Assembly (NCBI GenBank): GCA_030053995.1 | Contig: JASGCP010000001.1 | Coordinates: forward strand, 1 to 51,600 | DNA length: 51,600 nucleotides | DNA from: Phycisphaerales bacterium | GTDB taxonomy: Bacteria > Bacteroidota > Bacteroidia > Chitinophagales > Chitinophagaceae | Direction of reading: 5' to 3' | In this document: piece by piece, positions 49,676-51,600 of the stretch | Numbering within the stretch: the stretch's first letter is position 1 | How the letters are laid out: each line of letters opens with the position of its first letter | Notes under the pieces: model-generated | Database searches by the model: none | Told to the model about the DNA's origin: nothing | What the model saw: the letters and a program-made list of their open reading frames with translations, nothing else | Position numbers and translations under genes: made by a program

Positions 49676-50032
49676 ATGAAATTACTTTCTTTTGATTGTG
49701 AAATTGACAAGATGCTCCCATCTGAGCAAGTAGATTTCAAAAATGTTATTCCTACCATCGTCGCTATTTGTACAAATGAAAGCGATGTACAATTTTTTTA
49801 TGACCGCCCTTATCTGAACAAAGGAACCGCTAATAAATTAGTTGATATAATGCTCGACTATATTAAAAAAGGATATTTTATTTTTGGTCATAATGTTTGC
49901 TATTTTGATTTGTAACTTATTGCTATTTAGACAAATAGACTTGAAGACTGCGCTCGACTTGCTTTGAACGCGATTGATAGTATGTTATTAGTAACATTCA
50001 ATAAGTATAAAATTTATCTTGACAAAATGTAA
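49676..50032 (+). pseudogene. truncated DEDD-type (DnaQ-like) 3'-5' exonuclease gene with in-frame stops
   Basis: ExoI LSFDCEI and ExoII GHNVCYFDL are followed by an in-frame TAA. The same frame continues LIAI*TNRLEDCARLALNAIDSMLLV... ExoIII is absent. A TACCTTTG -7 box lies at 49626-49633. Confidence 0.55.
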
Positions 50033-50158
50033 ATTTTTAATTACTTATTAGTCGGCTATTACTAGTATTTACTTTGAATTCTTTATACTTCATTTTTTTC
50101 ATTCGCAAAGTAGGTTAATGGGATATTAACTTGTAAGTCTAACTCGTTCATATTCATT

Positions 50159-51109
50159 TTAATTTTGCCATAACGGTTGGTTTTGCCAGCCTAAAAGATT
50201 GCCTCGCCCATCTGACGGGATACCGACATATTTTATTGGTATGTTTGGATATTTTTGAAATAATGCTACTAACTTTTCCTTGAAACTATTATTGGGATTA
50301 ATCCTATTAAGTAAATATTTTAATATACAAAGAAAATAGAATACTCTTTTATTGTTGTTATATACTAAATCTACCCAAAGCCCAATAGGATTAGAGAGGA
50401 TAGCCGGTTCAACTGCCAAATCTTTATTCCACAACCGTGAATGGTGTGCACATATATTTCGTGTATATGTTATTGAATGAAGCCAAGATGTAAACACCTT
50501 AAAATGTATATCAAAAGATTGAGCAATTCTTTTTTTGTCATCTTTATTTTTTAACCCCCTATATAAATGAGACATTTCTCCAATAGTTAATAACTCAAAA
50601 CACATCCAAGAAGGTGGGTTGTAAGGTATGTTGTACTCGTCTAAATAATGTTGAATATATACTTCAGTTGCTCTTGATTTTTTAGCTCTTGAAATAATAT
50701 TTTGAAAATCAGAAAAAGGGTCAATTAAATTACCTACTTTGTTTTTATAGGGACCTATAAAATATTGTTTTTTGTCTTGCCAATGACTATCATTGTAATG
50801 CGTAGCCATACAATAAATAAATTGTGTACGAATCGCTACTTCAATGCGTTCAATACAATCAAAAACCAATAACCGTAATTCACGATCAAAAGAATAAGTG
50901 TCAATAATTTGTTTAAATGTAGTACCATCATCAAACCAATCTTTTGTGGACTGATAGGGTAAGAAATATGCACTTAAGCGATAGTAACTAATATTAGCTA
51001 AAATAAAAAGTGCCTTAGAGTCATCTTCTACATATATATTACGATCTTTGAGTTGTTGTAATTGTTCGGAAAACAACTTTGGTGGTTTATTGTAGGTTCG
51101 TTTGCTCAT
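50159..51109 (-). CDS. Abi_2 family abortive-infection protein (AbiD/AbiF-like)
   Basis: 316 aa. Hallmarks ISYYRLSAYFLPYQ and RNICAHHSRLWN. Confidence 0.8.
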   Translation of the reverse strand: MSKRTYNKPPKLFSEQLQQLKDRNIYVEDDSKALFILANISYYRLSAYFLPYQSTKDWFDDGTTFKQIIDTYSFDRELRLLVFDCIERIEVAIRTQFIYCMATHYNDSHWQDKKQYFIGPYKNKVGNLIDPFSDFQNIISRAKKSRATEVYIQHYLDEYNIPYNPPSWMCFELLTIGEMSHLYRGLKNKDDKKRIAQSFDIHFKVFTSWLHSITYTRNICAHHSRLWNKDLAVEPAILSNPIGLWVDLVYNNNKRVFYFLCILKYLLNRINPNNSFKEKLVALFQKYPNIPIKYVGIPSDGRGNLLGWQNQPLWQN

Positions 51110-51368
51110 ATTATCAAACCTTTTAAAAAGAGAAGACCCCCCAAGTGTGCTACCGAAGTAAGCATGGAGGGTGTATTATCGTTAGTTAATGAAGAAATTT
51201 CTAAATTTGTAAGACAGTTTGTTTAGGAAGCAAAATAGAAAATACTACATGCAAAGATATAATTATTTAAAATAATTATGAAAAAAATAATATTTTTTAT
51301 TAAAAATATTTCATTCAATTACTGTTACTTCCTCTGTTACTGCGGCATAATTAATGTGTATAGTGCAG

Positions 51369-51455
51369 TGCATGTTTAGGACAAATAGTTACAATATAAT
51401 TTTTAGTGATTGCAAAAGAATAGTTTTTGAGTATAAAAATTACCGGTTAAAAAAG
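51369..51455. repeat. intergenic repeat C, copy 2
   Basis: Aligns with 47130-47213 (see copy 1). Confidence 0.55.
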
Positions 51456-51600
51456 AGGGGTATAAAAATTAAATTTTCCACAGTACCCGAATAAATATTT
51501 ACCATCGCCTTGTTTAGAATATGCTAATTTTGAATTACGACAAATTTCGGGATAATGGACAAAAAGTAGGCTGAAAACTCTGAAATCCCTTGATAGTATT

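Noticed and set aside
533-51573. Perfect 22-bp inverted match near both ends of the window (cagcctactttttgtccattat at 533-554; ataatggacaaaaagtaggctg at 51552-51573). It could be read as terminal inverted repeats of a 51-kb element.
   Set aside because: The interval contains the core ribosomal cluster, carAB, mdh and similar genes, which is implausible cargo. The match does not extend beyond 22 bp. It fits better with the mosaic of short dispersed intergenic repeats seen throughout the window: E at 8565/38278, a D-like aagcctttaaa motif at 480/38239, and gagacta(c/t)aaaaaa at 464/47104.
1-51600. tRNA, rRNA, tmRNA, integrase/transposase genes and CRISPR arrays.
   Set aside because: I scanned for T-loop-like GGTTCGAAT/GGTTCAAAT cores on both strands and for recombinase motifs in the ORF track and found nothing convincing. 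The only GGATTCGA hits lie inside carB and the rpsJ-rplC spacer, without a cloverleaf context.

Overview
Low-GC bacterial chromosome segment, most likely Bacteroidota. Support for that: TAnnTTTG-type promoter boxes, secY-infA-rpmJ-rpsM-rpsK-rpsD-rpoA-rplQ gene order, and GG-leader peptides of the Bacteroidota type. All calls come from reading the sequence and ORF track; no searches were run and repeat identities are eyeball estimates. The window has three parts. (1) 1-18 kb holds housekeeping genes: dapD, ribE, ribD, a secreted M16 peptidase, carB/carA, mdh, an APC permease and aroQ. They are interrupted by a decaying accessory patch at 6.2-10.4 kb. That patch and position 140 carry a family of five paralogous GG-leader peptide genes whose cores each contain 8 Cys. 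Three copies are intact and two are disrupted. The patch also holds an Asp-box lipoprotein pseudogene and a recently duplicated TPR gene flanked by short direct repeats. (2) 18.2-34.4 kb is a complete S10-spc-alpha ribosomal cluster on the minus strand, rpsJ to rplQ, including rpmD and rpmJ, which are missing from the ORF track. Two oddities stand out: an unknown lipoprotein gene sits where map normally lies, and there is a 295-bp spacer between rpsJ and rplC. (3) 34.5-51.6 kb is a visibly more AT-rich defence-type island directly upstream of the S10 promoter, with no integrase or transposase. It encodes a HipT-like kinase plus a HipS-like/HIRAN partner. It also encodes a tightly coupled operon of a 1566-aa sacsin/NOV-like GHKL ATPase (DUF3883-like C-terminus) and an Upf1/Dna2-like SF1 helicase, preceded by a 54-aa remnant of a second GHKL N-terminus. 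Further genes are a secreted trypsin-like protease, a COG3680-type GIY-YIG protein, a HARE-HTH/PD-(D/E)xK protein with an (AT)11 tract upstream, a nonsense-disrupted DEDD exonuclease gene and an Abi_2 (AbiD/F-like) gene. The best candidate for an undescribed system is the GHKL-DUF3883 + SF1 helicase pair. The kinase cassette also appears to sit inside a repeated ~330-bp intergenic element that has an intact ('empty') copy 1.2 kb away. Intergenic regions across the window share a mosaic of short dispersed repeats, including one MITE-like element with perfect 15-bp inverted ends. No tRNA, rRNA or CRISPR array was seen.
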